Shown: positions 25,590-34,593 of the stretch, piece by piece
Layout of the letters: each line of letters begins with the position of its first letter
Numbering within the stretch: the first letter of the stretch is position 1
Origin: a virus
Virus record (IMG/VR): IMGVR_UViG_3300009159_000032
DNA length: 64,000 nt
Direction: 5' to 3' (one strand)
Translations under genes and position numbers: made by a program
Notes under the pieces: generated by a model
What the model was told of the DNA's origin: nothing
What the model saw: the letters and a program-made list of their open reading frames with translations, nothing else
Databases searched by the model: none

Positions 25590-26575
25590 TGACATATATT
25601 CTAGTAGATACTGCTAATACATTTTTTAGAGCACGGCATGTTACTCGTGGAGACCTTAACGACAAGGTTGGTATGAGTATACATGTCATTCTTAATTCAG
25701 TTCGCAAGGCATGGAAAGACTTTAACGGCAGTCACGTTATTTTCTGCTTAGAAGGTCGCAGTTGGCGGAAGGATCATTATGCTCCGTACAAGAGAAACCG
25801 CACCGACGCTCGGGCTCTGCAAAGTCCTCGCGAGGCTGAAGAGGATCGCGTGTTTTGGGAAACATTTGATAAGTTCAAAGATTTTGTTACAGAAAAAACT
25901 AACTGTACAGTATTACAACATCCGCAATTAGAAGCAGATGATTTGATCGCTGGTTGGATACAAGCACATCCAAATGATGATCATGTTATTATTTCGACAG
26001 ACGGCGATTTTGCACAATTGATTGCTCCTAACGTTAAACAGTATAACGGTGTAATGGGCATCACAACTACGCACGAAGGATACTTCGATGACAAAAATAA
26101 ACCTGTCACTGATAAGAAAACTAAACAAGTCAAAGGGGCGCCGGATCCAGAATGGTTACTATTTGAGAAGTGTATGCGTGGAGACACCTCCGACAACATC
26201 TTTAGTGCTTATCCGGGAGTACGTGAGAAAGGCACAAAGAATAAAATTGGTCTCCGTGAAGCATTTGCCGATAGAAAAACCAAAGGATATTCTTGGAACA
26301 ATATGATGCTCCAGCGTTGGGCCGACCACGAAGGTGTCGAACATCGTGTATTAGACGACTACGAAAGAAATCGATTACTGTGCGATCTTACTGCACAACC
26401 AGAAGAGATTCGAAATATTATTAAAGAAACAATTAATGCATCAACTACTAGCAATAAAAATGTTAGTCAGGTTGGTATTAGACTACTGAAATTTTGTGCG
26501 GCTTATGACCTTATTAAGGTCAGTGAGCAGGTACAAAGTTACGCCGACCCACTTAATGCAAGGTATATATTATGA
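25589..26575 (+). CDS. rnh: T4 RNase H-like 5'-3' exonuclease / flap endonuclease
   Basis: Motifs LVDTAN, CLEG.SWRK, YKRNR, EADDLIA, STDGDF and GDTSDNI. Confidence 0.9.
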   Translation: MTYILVDTANTFFRARHVTRGDLNDKVGMSIHVILNSVRKAWKDFNGSHVIFCLEGRSWRKDHYAPYKRNRTDARALQSPREAEEDRVFWETFDKFKDFVTEKTNCTVLQHPQLEADDLIAGWIQAHPNDDHVIISTDGDFAQLIAPNVKQYNGVMGITTTHEGYFDDKNKPVTDKKTKQVKGAPDPEWLLFEKCMRGDTSDNIFSAYPGVREKGTKNKIGLREAFADRKTKGYSWNNMMLQRWADHEGVEHRVLDDYERNRLLCDLTAQPEEIRNIIKETINASTTSNKNVSQVGIRLLKFCAAYDLIKVSEQVQSYADPLNARYIL

Positions 26576-27060
26576 CTACAACAGCAAAAGTATTAATTCC
26601 AAATAAAAGTTGGTTATTAGAAGACAATGGTTTAAAAATTGGAACACTAAGTAAAGAACGAAGCTCGTATTCTATCATTAAAAATGGTCAAAAAATTCCA
26701 GTTGGCACAGTCAAAGATGTTAAAGAAAAATTAGGAATTGTTTTTAACGATTCAAATGTTAAATCTGAAAAAGTAGTAACTAAAGAATATAGTGTCTATG
26801 ATTTTCCGTGTGGATCTAAACCTTACGGATCAGTTTATAATATTCGAAAAAAACTTCCTATCTATGCTAAGAGCTCAAAAAGCAAAAGTCAATATTGTGC
26901 AGGTTTTTATGTAATTAAATTCCGTAAAGGTTGGGTTAAAAGTTTCTGTCCTAAACTAATTACACTAGAACGGTATCCATTTCATGGACCGTTTAAAAGC
27001 GAAAGCGAAATGAAACAGATGCTTACTGTACTAGGTAGAAAAGATAATGAAACAAATTAA
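26572..27060 (+). CDS. hypothetical protein
   Basis: ATGA-coupled; 162 aa. Confidence 0.7.
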   Translation: MTTTAKVLIPNKSWLLEDNGLKIGTLSKERSSYSIIKNGQKIPVGTVKDVKEKLGIVFNDSNVKSEKVVTKEYSVYDFPCGSKPYGSVYNIRKKLPIYAKSSKSKSQYCAGFYVIKFRKGWVKSFCPKLITLERYPFHGPFKSESEMKQMLTVLGRKDNETN

Positions 27061-27286
27061 CACATTACCAATTGAAATATACCTAGAAAAGGCTCGAATT
27101 GCAAATAAATCTGGTCAGAAAACTCTAGTTCTTGACATTAAAGATGCCGTGGCTCTTTCAGATAGCCTAGCGGTAGTAATGACTAGATTAACTGGACAGT
27201 TAGAAGAACTTATAGTGCAGTCACAACGAACACAACCCCAGGAAGAAGTTATCCAGGTCAGTATGGACGGGGGCGGATTTAGGTAA
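27047..27286 (+). CDS. hypothetical protein
   Basis: 79 aa; overlapping start. Confidence 0.65.
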   Translation: MKQINTLPIEIYLEKARIANKSGQKTLVLDIKDAVALSDSLAVVMTRLTGQLEELIVQSQRTQPQEEVIQVSMDGGGFR

Positions 27287-27293
27287 TTTTTAA

Positions 27294-27329
27294 ATAAATA
27301 AATGCGTATATTTCTGGAACATACGCATT
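27294..27329 (+). promoter_or_regulatory. late-type promoter ATAAATA followed by a perfect 9-bp inverted repeat
   Basis: ATAAATA 27294-27300; AATGCGTAT (27301-27309) and ATACGCATT (27321-27329) abut ATG 27330. Confidence 0.55.
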
Positions 27330-27629
27330 ATGAGTCGACCAAAACCAAACATATTATTAGAAGTAACGAACAAGAAAAATTACAAGACAGAACAGGTTTT
27401 GGAAGCAGATGCCATTTGGGCAGTTTTTTACAAAGACAAACCTGTTAATCTCAAAACCACCAGTATTGTAGCTCAGGATCTTGGACCAAAATATAAAAAA
27501 GTCAGTTTTTCAAACGCAGGACATGCTTTTAATCTTGCAGAAAAATTAAACAAACTTTTTAACTGTGAAGATTTTTCTGTATATAAATTAACCACAGGTC
27601 AAAAACTTAAAGATGAATCAGAAGGATGA
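27330..27629 (+). CDS. hypothetical protein
   Basis: 99 aa, starting MSRPKPNILLE. Confidence 0.7.
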   Translation: MSRPKPNILLEVTNKKNYKTEQVLEADAIWAVFYKDKPVNLKTTSIVAQDLGPKYKKVSFSNAGHAFNLAEKLNKLFNCEDFSVYKLTTGQKLKDESEG

Positions 27630-28008
27630 AATCACCAAGTATGTAATGACCCATTTGGGCTTGCCTATTGATGATAAAACTTTTAAACGAGCTACATTTG
27701 CTTGGTGGCAAAATCCAAGAAAAAAATCAAGTGGCGGATTTCGATTATCTGATAAAGGATATGAATTCCTAAAAAGAGCAGATATCAAAGACTACGAAAT
27801 TAAATTACCCAAAGACACAGAATTTACTAGTCAATTGATAATTTGGTTAGACAAGTTTATTGATTGCCCATTTTACATTACTAAAAAATCTATTTTTGTC
27901 TTTGGAGAAAGAATGGCTGTGCAATTAATCCTATTTTCTGGAGACCTTAAAAAATACGGTTGGAGTAGGGCAAGAAGTGTTGCAAAATCACAACTTGACG
28001 AGATCTAA
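27613..28008 (+). CDS. hypothetical protein
   Basis: 131 aa; overlapping start. Confidence 0.7.
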   Translation: MNQKDEITKYVMTHLGLPIDDKTFKRATFAWWQNPRKKSSGGFRLSDKGYEFLKRADIKDYEIKLPKDTEFTSQLIIWLDKFIDCPFYITKKSIFVFGERMAVQLILFSGDLKKYGWSRARSVAKSQLDEI

Positions 28009-28023
28009 GAAAGAGCATATAAT
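27995..28023 (+). promoter_or_regulatory. sigma70-like promoter
   Basis: TTGACG-N17-TATAAT. A 7-bp hairpin ATACGTT-AAAA-AACGTAT follows at 28030-28047. Confidence 0.75.
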
Positions 28024-28075
28024 TTATGCATACGTTAAAAAACGTATCAAAATTCAACTCAACAAAGGTTTTAAA

Positions 28076-29158
28076 ATGGCAGAAAAAATCAGCGGTAACC
28101 GCACTGTTACTCCTAATGAAGCTAAAAAAAGCATTCGTAAATGTGTAAAAATTAAACGCCCTGTATTCTTGTGGGGGCCTCCAGGTATTGGCAAATCCGA
28201 TATTGTTAAACAAATTGGTGACGAACAAGATCGCGAAGTTATTGACGTTCGTTTGTCACTTTGGGAACCTACTGATATTAAAGGTATTCCATATTTTGAC
28301 TCAAATGCAAACACCATGACTTGGGCACCTCCTGCAGAATTGCCTACTGATCCAGAGTCTACTGCTATTCTGTTCCTAGATGAATTGAATTCTGCGGCTC
28401 CTGCTACACAGGCAGCGGCTTTCCAATTAGTGCTTAACCGTCGTGTTGGCACTTATGTACTACCAAAAGGTGTTAGTATTATTGCCGCCGGTAACCGTGA
28501 AACTGACAAGGGTGTTACTTATCGTATGCCTGCTCCGTTGGCTAATCGTTTCCTGCACTTGGAATTGCGTACCGACTTTGACGACTGGTTGATGTGGGCT
28601 ACTAAAAATAAATTGCATGAACAGGTTGTTGGTTACTGCTCTTTTGCCAAACAAGACTTGTACGACTTTGATCCAAAGAGTGCAAGCAAGGCATTTGCTA
28701 CTCCCCGTTCTTGGTCATTTGTTAGCGAGTTGTTAATAGATGATGACTTGGACGAAGGTACACTGACTGATTTGGTGTCAGGTGCTATTGGCGAAGGTTT
28801 GGCAGTTAAGTTTATGGCACACCGTAAAGTTGCTAAACAAATGCCCAAGCCTGAGGATATTTTGAGTGGTAAAATTGATAAAATTTCTATCAAAGAAATC
28901 TCAGCTATGTACTCTTTGACTACTTCTTTGAGCTACGAGCTTCAAGAAGCAGATCGTAAGAAAGCCAAAGATTGGGACAAAATGGCTGATAACTTCTTCA
29001 AATTCATGATGGATAATTTCCCAACTGAATTGGTTGTTATGGGTGCCAAGGTTGCACTTACAAACTATCAACTGCCATTTGATTCCAGCAAAATGGATCA
29101 CTTTGACAAATTCCATGACAAGTACGGCAAGTACATTATCACTGCAATGGAACAGTAA
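28076..29158 (+). CDS. MoxR-family AAA+ ATPase
   Basis: Motifs GPPGIGKS, LFLDELN, AAGNR, PAPLANRF and TPRSW; likely start is ATG 28076 (AAAGG RBS). Confidence 0.85.
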   Translation: MAEKISGNRTVTPNEAKKSIRKCVKIKRPVFLWGPPGIGKSDIVKQIGDEQDREVIDVRLSLWEPTDIKGIPYFDSNANTMTWAPPAELPTDPESTAILFLDELNSAAPATQAAAFQLVLNRRVGTYVLPKGVSIIAAGNRETDKGVTYRMPAPLANRFLHLELRTDFDDWLMWATKNKLHEQVVGYCSFAKQDLYDFDPKSASKAFATPRSWSFVSELLIDDDLDEGTLTDLVSGAIGEGLAVKFMAHRKVAKQMPKPEDILSGKIDKISIKEISAMYSLTTSLSYELQEADRKKAKDWDKMADNFFKFMMDNFPTELVVMGAKVALTNYQLPFDSSKMDHFDKFHDKYGKYIITAMEQ

Positions 29159-29162
29159 AATT

Positions 29163-29182
29163 GGCCCGCAAGGGCCTTTTTT
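29163..29182 (+). terminator. intrinsic terminator
   Basis: GGCCC-GCAA-GGGCC followed by T6. Confidence 0.8.
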
Positions 29183-29184
29183 AC

Positions 29185-29213
29185 TTGACTTTAGAGTATT
29201 TTGAATATATAAT
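29185..29213 (+). promoter_or_regulatory. sigma70-like promoter
   Basis: TTGACT-N17-TATAAT. Confidence 0.75.
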
Positions 29214-29238
29214 AATACATCAACAGCAAAGGATTACT

Positions 29239-30492
29239 ATGACATCAGTAATGAAGACCGAAAAGGTTAAAAAAGCAGTTCCTACTAAAGAATACACTGC
29301 TTCAGAAAAATCCAAAATTTTAGATAAACTTATCACTGCCCGTGTAGGTTTATTGTTGCGTCATCCGTTTTTTGGCAATCTTGCTACACGTATGAAATTA
29401 ATTGATGCCAGTGATTGGTGTCCTACACTAGCCACAGACGGACGTAATTTTTATTACAATAACGATTTTGTTTACAAGTTAAAACCAAAAGAAGCAGAGT
29501 TTGGCTTTGCTCACGAAGTATTGCACAATGTATTTGATCACATGGGGCGTCGTGATCATCGAGATCCAGTTATTTCTAACATTTCCGCAGACTATGCCGC
29601 AAATCAAATTCTTAAAGATGAAGGTATTGGAGAAGTTCCAAGTTGGATTAAAATTTATCAAGACAACAAATATCGTGGCTGGAGTTACGAACAGATTTAT
29701 GAAGAGCTCGAATCCAAAGCAACTAAAATTGATTTAAGTACACTTGGAGAGTTACTCGACGAACATTTGGATGGTGAAGGTGACGACGGTGACGAGGATG
29801 AAAACGGCAACAAAAATGGTAGCGGTCGTCCAAAATTAACTGCTGAAGAAAAGAAAGCAATCAAAGACGAAATTAAAGAAGCTATGGTTGCGGCTGCTCA
29901 GGCTGCAGGTGCCGGGCGTGTACCGGCAGGTGTACAACGTCTAATCCAAACTTTTACTGAACCTAAAATGGATTGGCGTCAAATGTTGCGTATGAATATC
30001 CAAAGCATTATTAAAAGCAATTTTAGTTTTGCTCGTCCAAATCGCAAGTCACAGCACTGCGGTGCAATTTTGCCCGGTTTGATGAACGAAGAAACAATCG
30101 ATGTAGCAGTAGCTATTGATATGAGTGGCAGTATTTCGGACAAAATGGCCAATGACTTTATCAGTGAAGTCAAAGGTATTATGGACGAATATGTTGACTT
30201 TAAATTGGATCTATGGTGTTTTGATACAGCAGTGTATGGTTACCAACAATTCACAGGCGATAACGCTGACGAAATTATGGAATACAAATGCAAAGGAGGT
30301 GGTGGCACTGACTTTGATGTTAACTACGAGTTCATGAAAGAAAACGACATCAATCCAAAACGTTTCATTATGTTTACAGACGGCTATCCTTGCGGTAGCT
30401 GGGGTGACGAGGATTATTGCGAATCATTGTTCATTGTACACGGAAATGATAAGATCATTTCTCCATTCGGCCAGACTGCACATTATAAATAA
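29239..30492 (+). CDS. HExxH metallopeptidase-like + vWA domain protein (MoxR partner)
   Basis: Motifs ATDG, AHEVLH, acidic linker, MIDAS VAIDMSGSI, GGGGTDF and MFTDGY; likely start is ATG 29239. Confidence 0.85.
   Translation: MTSVMKTEKVKKAVPTKEYTASEKSKILDKLITARVGLLLRHPFFGNLATRMKLIDASDWCPTLATDGRNFYYNNDFVYKLKPKEAEFGFAHEVLHNVFDHMGRRDHRDPVISNISADYAANQILKDEGIGEVPSWIKIYQDNKYRGWSYEQIYEELESKATKIDLSTLGELLDEHLDGEGDDGDEDENGNKNGSGRPKLTAEEKKAIKDEIKEAMVAAAQAAGAGRVPAGVQRLIQTFTEPKMDWRQMLRMNIQSIIKSNFSFARPNRKSQHCGAILPGLMNEETIDVAVAIDMSGSISDKMANDFISEVKGIMDEYVDFKLDLWCFDTAVYGYQQFTGDNADEIMEYKCKGGGGTDFDVNYEFMKENDINPKRFIMFTDGYPCGSWGDEDYCESLFIVHGNDKIISPFGQTAHYK
30484..30491 (+). promoter_or_regulatory. T4-like late promoter TATAAATA
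   Basis: Exact consensus overlapping the upstream stop, 13 nt before ATG 30505. Confidence 0.45.
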
Positions 30493-30504
30493 AGTAGGTA
30501 TATT

Positions 30505-30783
30505 ATGGGAATAAGCAAAGGTAAGGTGAATCCGTTAAATGTTTTAAATGTAAGACGTTTGAATCGAATTCCTCCAAACTTTGCTAAGATCCATCTAAAA
30601 GATTTTTTTGATATTCAAAAACTCGATAGCTGGATCTACCTAAATCTCGACAGTAGATACTGTGTCAGAAAAACCAGTGTCATAAGTGATAATAAGCTAA
30701 TTACTGTTGTTGAGGTAGGGGTTGAAGAAGCTAAAGAACTTTCTATGTTAACTTTAGCCTGCCCATTACTAGATAAACAATAA
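30505..30783 (+). CDS. hypothetical protein
   Basis: 92 aa. Confidence 0.65.
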   Translation: MGISKGKVNPLNVLNVRRLNRIPPNFAKIHLKDFFDIQKLDSWIYLNLDSRYCVRKTSVISDNKLITVVEVGVEEAKELSMLTLACPLLDKQ

Positions 30784-30792
30784 GGAAATATA

Positions 30793-30993
30793 ATGTCAGA
30801 AGAACAAAAAGGTCCAGAATTAACTGTAACAGATTTACAGAATATTCGTGCTATTATTGATGTGGCTGCAACACGCGGTGCGTTTAAGGCTGCAGAGATG
30901 ACTGCTGTTGGAACAGTTTTTAATAAATTAGACACATTTTTAAATGCTGTTACTCCTGCCCAGCCCGCAGATCAACCTGCGGCAACTGAATGA
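30793..30993 (+). CDS. hypothetical protein
   Basis: 66 aa; AAGGA RBS. Confidence 0.7.
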   Translation: MSEEQKGPELTVTDLQNIRAIIDVAATRGAFKAAEMTAVGTVFNKLDTFLNAVTPAQPADQPAATE

Positions 30994-31004
30994 GGAATCA
31001 CAAT

Positions 31005-31622
31005 ATGAAACACGTTGGAAAAATGAAAAATAACGGGGCTCGAGTAGCCGTTGCGTTTAGAACTATTCCTGGAGATCCGCATAGTGCCTTAGTAATTGGT
31101 ACCAACGGGTTAGCTGATGCTTATCACGATTCTCTCATGAGTCTGATTGAATCAGAAGGTGCTCAACAAGCCAACGAATTAGCAGATGTACTTGCTGTTC
31201 GCAAATTCCCAGATGGTAGCAATATGTTAGAATGGTTGCATAGCCGAGGAAGTCTTAAAAAGGTTCCAACTAATCTAGTGTTAATGACTCCGGACACAAA
31301 AAGTTCAATTCAATTAGACGAATTGAATATATTGATTGCAGACCAAAAAGGTCTAACATTAGAACAACTTGCAATCACCGAAGGTGAAATGATTGTTGTA
31401 GAACCTAATGCTCCAGCAACACAGAACAAATGGGACAAGGCTAGAGAAGATCGAGCCACTGCCAAGGCAGCAAAAGAAGAAGCAGAAATGGTTTCATCTA
31501 TTTCTCTAAGTCCTGCAGAAATGCGGTCACGTGCAGATGCACTTTATAAAGAAGCTGCAAGACTACGTAAAGAAGCAGATGCTGTTGATCCGCCAAAAAA
31601 GAAAACTAAAGTTGAAGCATAA
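31005..31622 (+). CDS. hypothetical protein with C-terminal coiled coil
   Basis: GAGGA RBS before ATG 31005. Confidence 0.7.
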   Translation: MKHVGKMKNNGARVAVAFRTIPGDPHSALVIGTNGLADAYHDSLMSLIESEGAQQANELADVLAVRKFPDGSNMLEWLHSRGSLKKVPTNLVLMTPDTKSSIQLDELNILIADQKGLTLEQLAITEGEMIVVEPNAPATQNKWDKAREDRATAKAAKEEAEMVSSISLSPAEMRSRADALYKEAARLRKEADAVDPPKKKTKVEA

Positions 31623-31649
31623 AAAAAGCACCCTTGGGTGCTTTTTTTT
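31621..31649. terminator. bidirectional intrinsic terminator between the convergent blocks
   Basis: AAAAAAAGCACC-CTTG-GGTGCTTTTTTTT, with A and T tracts on both sides. Confidence 0.9.
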
Positions 31650-33132
31650 AGACCAATATTTCTATAATTCCTAAATCACCGTCAAAGTCTTGAAGTGCTT
31701 TACCAACTACTGCCAAAGGATTCACTGTAGATGTACGGCGAACTTCAGCATAACCTACAGTATCTGACGATACTAGGATATTACCCTTGCGTACAGGACC
31801 TTTAACTTTACAAGGTACCCGCCCTTTTAATGCAATTGCAACACCACCAAACAACTCACTATTCATTAGATAAGCAGGATTAGTTGATACAACTCCAATT
31901 ACTGCATCACATTCATATTCATCACAAACTGTAACTTCAGCACTACCACCAATTTTTAAAACAGTGCCAGATTCATATTCAGCATCAGCTAGATAGTTTT
32001 CAGCCAAGTCAGCGTAGGTAGCACTGTTTGTAGTAGCATTGAGTGTTGTGGCATATACCGTACCAAACCTGTTTGCAACTTGTCCGATATTTCCAGACCC
32101 GCTTGTTCCGTTTTTTGTTATGCTAGATGCTACAAAAGTATCTGCATAAACTGCTCCAAAAGGATTATTGGTACTTCCAATATCAGTATCCTGACCAGTT
32201 GCTGTTGTTGGTAATATTCTTAAACCAGATGTAGCATCTAAACTAATAATATTATACAATGTTCCGCCTTCAGTTGATGAAACACCAAATCCCATATTAG
32301 TAAGTCTAGTTGTAAATTGAGCAGAATCAACTAAACTATCTTGTATAAAAAATCTTAAATTTCCAGACTGGATATTAATTCCTGAACTATTACTTGTAGT
32401 TATTTGAGAAGAAAATGACGGATTTGTATATAGTACATACTCCGAAGCGTTTCTACCACCTAGTCTAAAAGTATCAGCGGCACTGCCCCATATTACTGGA
32501 TTTCCGCTAACAGATTCTCCAGTAGTTGGATCAGAATTTACAAAAGTCATTCCTTGTACTACTTTTCCAAACCCAGCAACAACAGGAGTGCCTATTTCAA
32601 ATTCATCATAAGAAGTTATTGCAACTGTAACAACATCTAATGATTCTGTTGAAGGTTGAATTTGATGCAATAATACATTATGATCATTACCTAACGTATC
32701 AGTTAACTTAGTAAAAACAATATTAGTTGCATTTTGTTCAACAGTTTGAGGTCCGATTAGTTCCTCAACTGTACCGTTCCAATAGAATAATTGCCCTCTA
32801 GATTCATCATACCATAAATCTCCCTTGGTTAGAGAAAGGTCACTGCTATTTGAACCTACTCCTAGAGCCGGTAAACCTTTGAATTCTGATCCGTTATAAA
32901 ATTTTAATTTTTTATTTGACGTATCATACCATATTTGTCCTGTAACTGGTCTAGCTGGTTGTTTTGAATTTGCAAAATTTTCTAAAAGTTTAATCGAATT
33001 GTCATTGACAAATTGTCCGTAACCTGCATAATTTTTTCCTACTAGTGTAAGGTCGCAGGCTGTGGCATTGATTGCGCCGTCGTCGACTGTAGTAAGTTTT
33101 GAACCATTTGTTTTATTAATATTATATGCCAT
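31648..33132 (-). CDS. tail fibre/spike paralogue with C-terminal intramolecular-chaperone (peptidase G2-like) domain
   Basis: Shared N-domain LVGKN..YG..N.N...LLENFA..P..GQIWYD; C-terminal YADLAENY...GVVSTNPAYLMN...ALKGRVPCKV...GKAL. Confidence 0.75.
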   Translation of the reverse strand: MAYNINKTNGSKLTTVDDGAINATACDLTLVGKNYAGYGQFVNDNSIKLLENFANSKQPARPVTGQIWYDTSNKKLKFYNGSEFKGLPALGVGSNSSDLSLTKGDLWYDESRGQLFYWNGTVEELIGPQTVEQNATNIVFTKLTDTLGNDHNVLLHQIQPSTESLDVVTVAITSYDEFEIGTPVVAGFGKVVQGMTFVNSDPTTGESVSGNPVIWGSAADTFRLGGRNASEYVLYTNPSFSSQITTSNSSGINIQSGNLRFFIQDSLVDSAQFTTRLTNMGFGVSSTEGGTLYNIISLDATSGLRILPTTATGQDTDIGSTNNPFGAVYADTFVASSITKNGTSGSGNIGQVANRFGTVYATTLNATTNSATYADLAENYLADAEYESGTVLKIGGSAEVTVCDEYECDAVIGVVSTNPAYLMNSELFGGVAIALKGRVPCKVKGPVRKGNILVSSDTVGYAEVRRTSTVNPLAVVGKALQDFDGDLGIIEILV

Positions 33133-33135
33133 TTT

Positions 33136-34593
33136 TTATCCTCTTACTACCATTACTTCAATTGTTCCTATATCATCAGAATCGTAGTCCTCTAATGCTT
33201 TTCCGATCAATGCTCCTGGTTTAGGAAATATTGTACTAATTGCTGTTCCTATTAGTTCTCCAGAGACCAATAAATCTCCTTTAGAAATTTTTCCAACTAC
33301 ACGACAAGGCACACGCCCAACAAGAGCAATTGCCACAGAATTTTCTAATTCTGAATTTAGTATCTGAGCAGGATCTGTTGTGACTATGCCAGCAACTTTT
33401 GAAGAATTAATATCTGTACAGGCAGTCACTTCGGCAGATCCGCCAAACATCACTACTGTCCCAGACGAATAATCTTTATCTGAAGAATATCTTTCTGCAA
33501 TATCGGCATAATATGATCTAGTTCCTGCAGGCAGTGTTAAAGCCGATCCGCCACTAAAAGTCCATTGACCGGTTATTATTCCAGATGCACTAGCTCCACC
33601 AGCATTTAACCCAGAAGTAAACACACTGGCCCAACGTGCATTGGCTGCGCCAAGACTAATAGTAGCGTCGGCTCCTGGAGAAAGTTTTCCAGCAACACTA
33701 AAGTCACCTGTTAACGTAACTGGAGATATACTAGACCCGCCATTTAATTCACTGGCATAAACTTTTGCAAATTTAAGGCTAGAGCTTCCTAACAGTGTAC
33801 TTGAATTCCCCGGAACTATGCTAGTTGCAATGATTTGAAATGGGTTTCCTTGAGTGTCAATATAGGCATTATTACCACCGTCTATGCCAATTTTAGTATT
33901 ATTAAAACTAACTGCATTTGTAAAAGTATAATTTCCAGTTATTGTTTCATTACTAGATTTATTAGCATAAGCTAGTTCAGAAGATACATCGGCTCCTGCA
34001 TCCATTGTGATGCCTCGACTAATAGAAGTTATGCCTGCTTGATATACTGCTTCTGTTGATTTTGCAGTAAAAGCATCATTAGAAATTACTCCGATTATCG
34101 CATCGTCAGCATACAATACGATACAATCGTGTGATACTGATCCAGCATCTAAAATTGCAACTGATTCTAATTTTGTTTTAGTTGTAGCGCCGATTACTTT
34201 TTCTGGACCGATTAAAATAAATCCATTATCGCCCTTAACATATAATTGCTCGTTATCTGTATCAAACCAATAGTCCCCTGTTTGGGCATTAATTGGTAAT
34301 GTTCCTGTTGATTCTGAGAAATTAAAAGACTTCCACTCGCTACCGTCATAGATTTTAGGTTTTAAAACGCCAGGAGTTCTATCAAACCAAATTTGACCTT
34401 GTATTTTATTAACAGGTTCTACTGTTCCAGCAAAATTTTCTAGCAACCATAAAAAATTATCATTTTGATATGTTCCATAACTAGTTACATTCTTACCAAT
34501 TAGATAAAGACTAGAAGAAGCCTGTTGATCAATTACACCATCTGCAATGGTAGTAAATGCCCTTCCGTCAAAATTATTTAAATTATATGACAC
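33136..34593 (-). CDS. tail fibre/spike paralogue with C-terminal chaperone domain
   Basis: Same N-domain; C-terminal YADIAERY...ALVGRVPCRV...GKAL; GTG start. Confidence 0.75.
   Translation of the reverse strand: MSYNLNNFDGRAFTTIADGVIDQQASSSLYLIGKNVTSYGTYQNDNFLWLLENFAGTVEPVNKIQGQIWFDRTPGVLKPKIYDGSEWKSFNFSESTGTLPINAQTGDYWFDTDNEQLYVKGDNGFILIGPEKVIGATTKTKLESVAILDAGSVSHDCIVLYADDAIIGVISNDAFTAKSTEAVYQAGITSISRGITMDAGADVSSELAYANKSSNETITGNYTFTNAVSFNNTKIGIDGGNNAYIDTQGNPFQIIATSIVPGNSSTLLGSSSLKFAKVYASELNGGSSISPVTLTGDFSVAGKLSPGADATISLGAANARWASVFTSGLNAGGASASGIITGQWTFSGGSALTLPAGTRSYYADIAERYSSDKDYSSGTVVMFGGSAEVTACTDINSSKVAGIVTTDPAQILNSELENSVAIALVGRVPCRVVGKISKGDLLVSGELIGTAISTIFPKPGALIGKALEDYDSDDIGTIEVMVVRG

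Noticed and set aside
1500-30935. The many 60-130-aa ORFs in the track that are antisense to or nested in long genes (the same applies to + strand ORFs within 34547-63839)
   Set aside because: They are shadow ORFs over well-supported genes, with no RBS, motifs or operon coupling.
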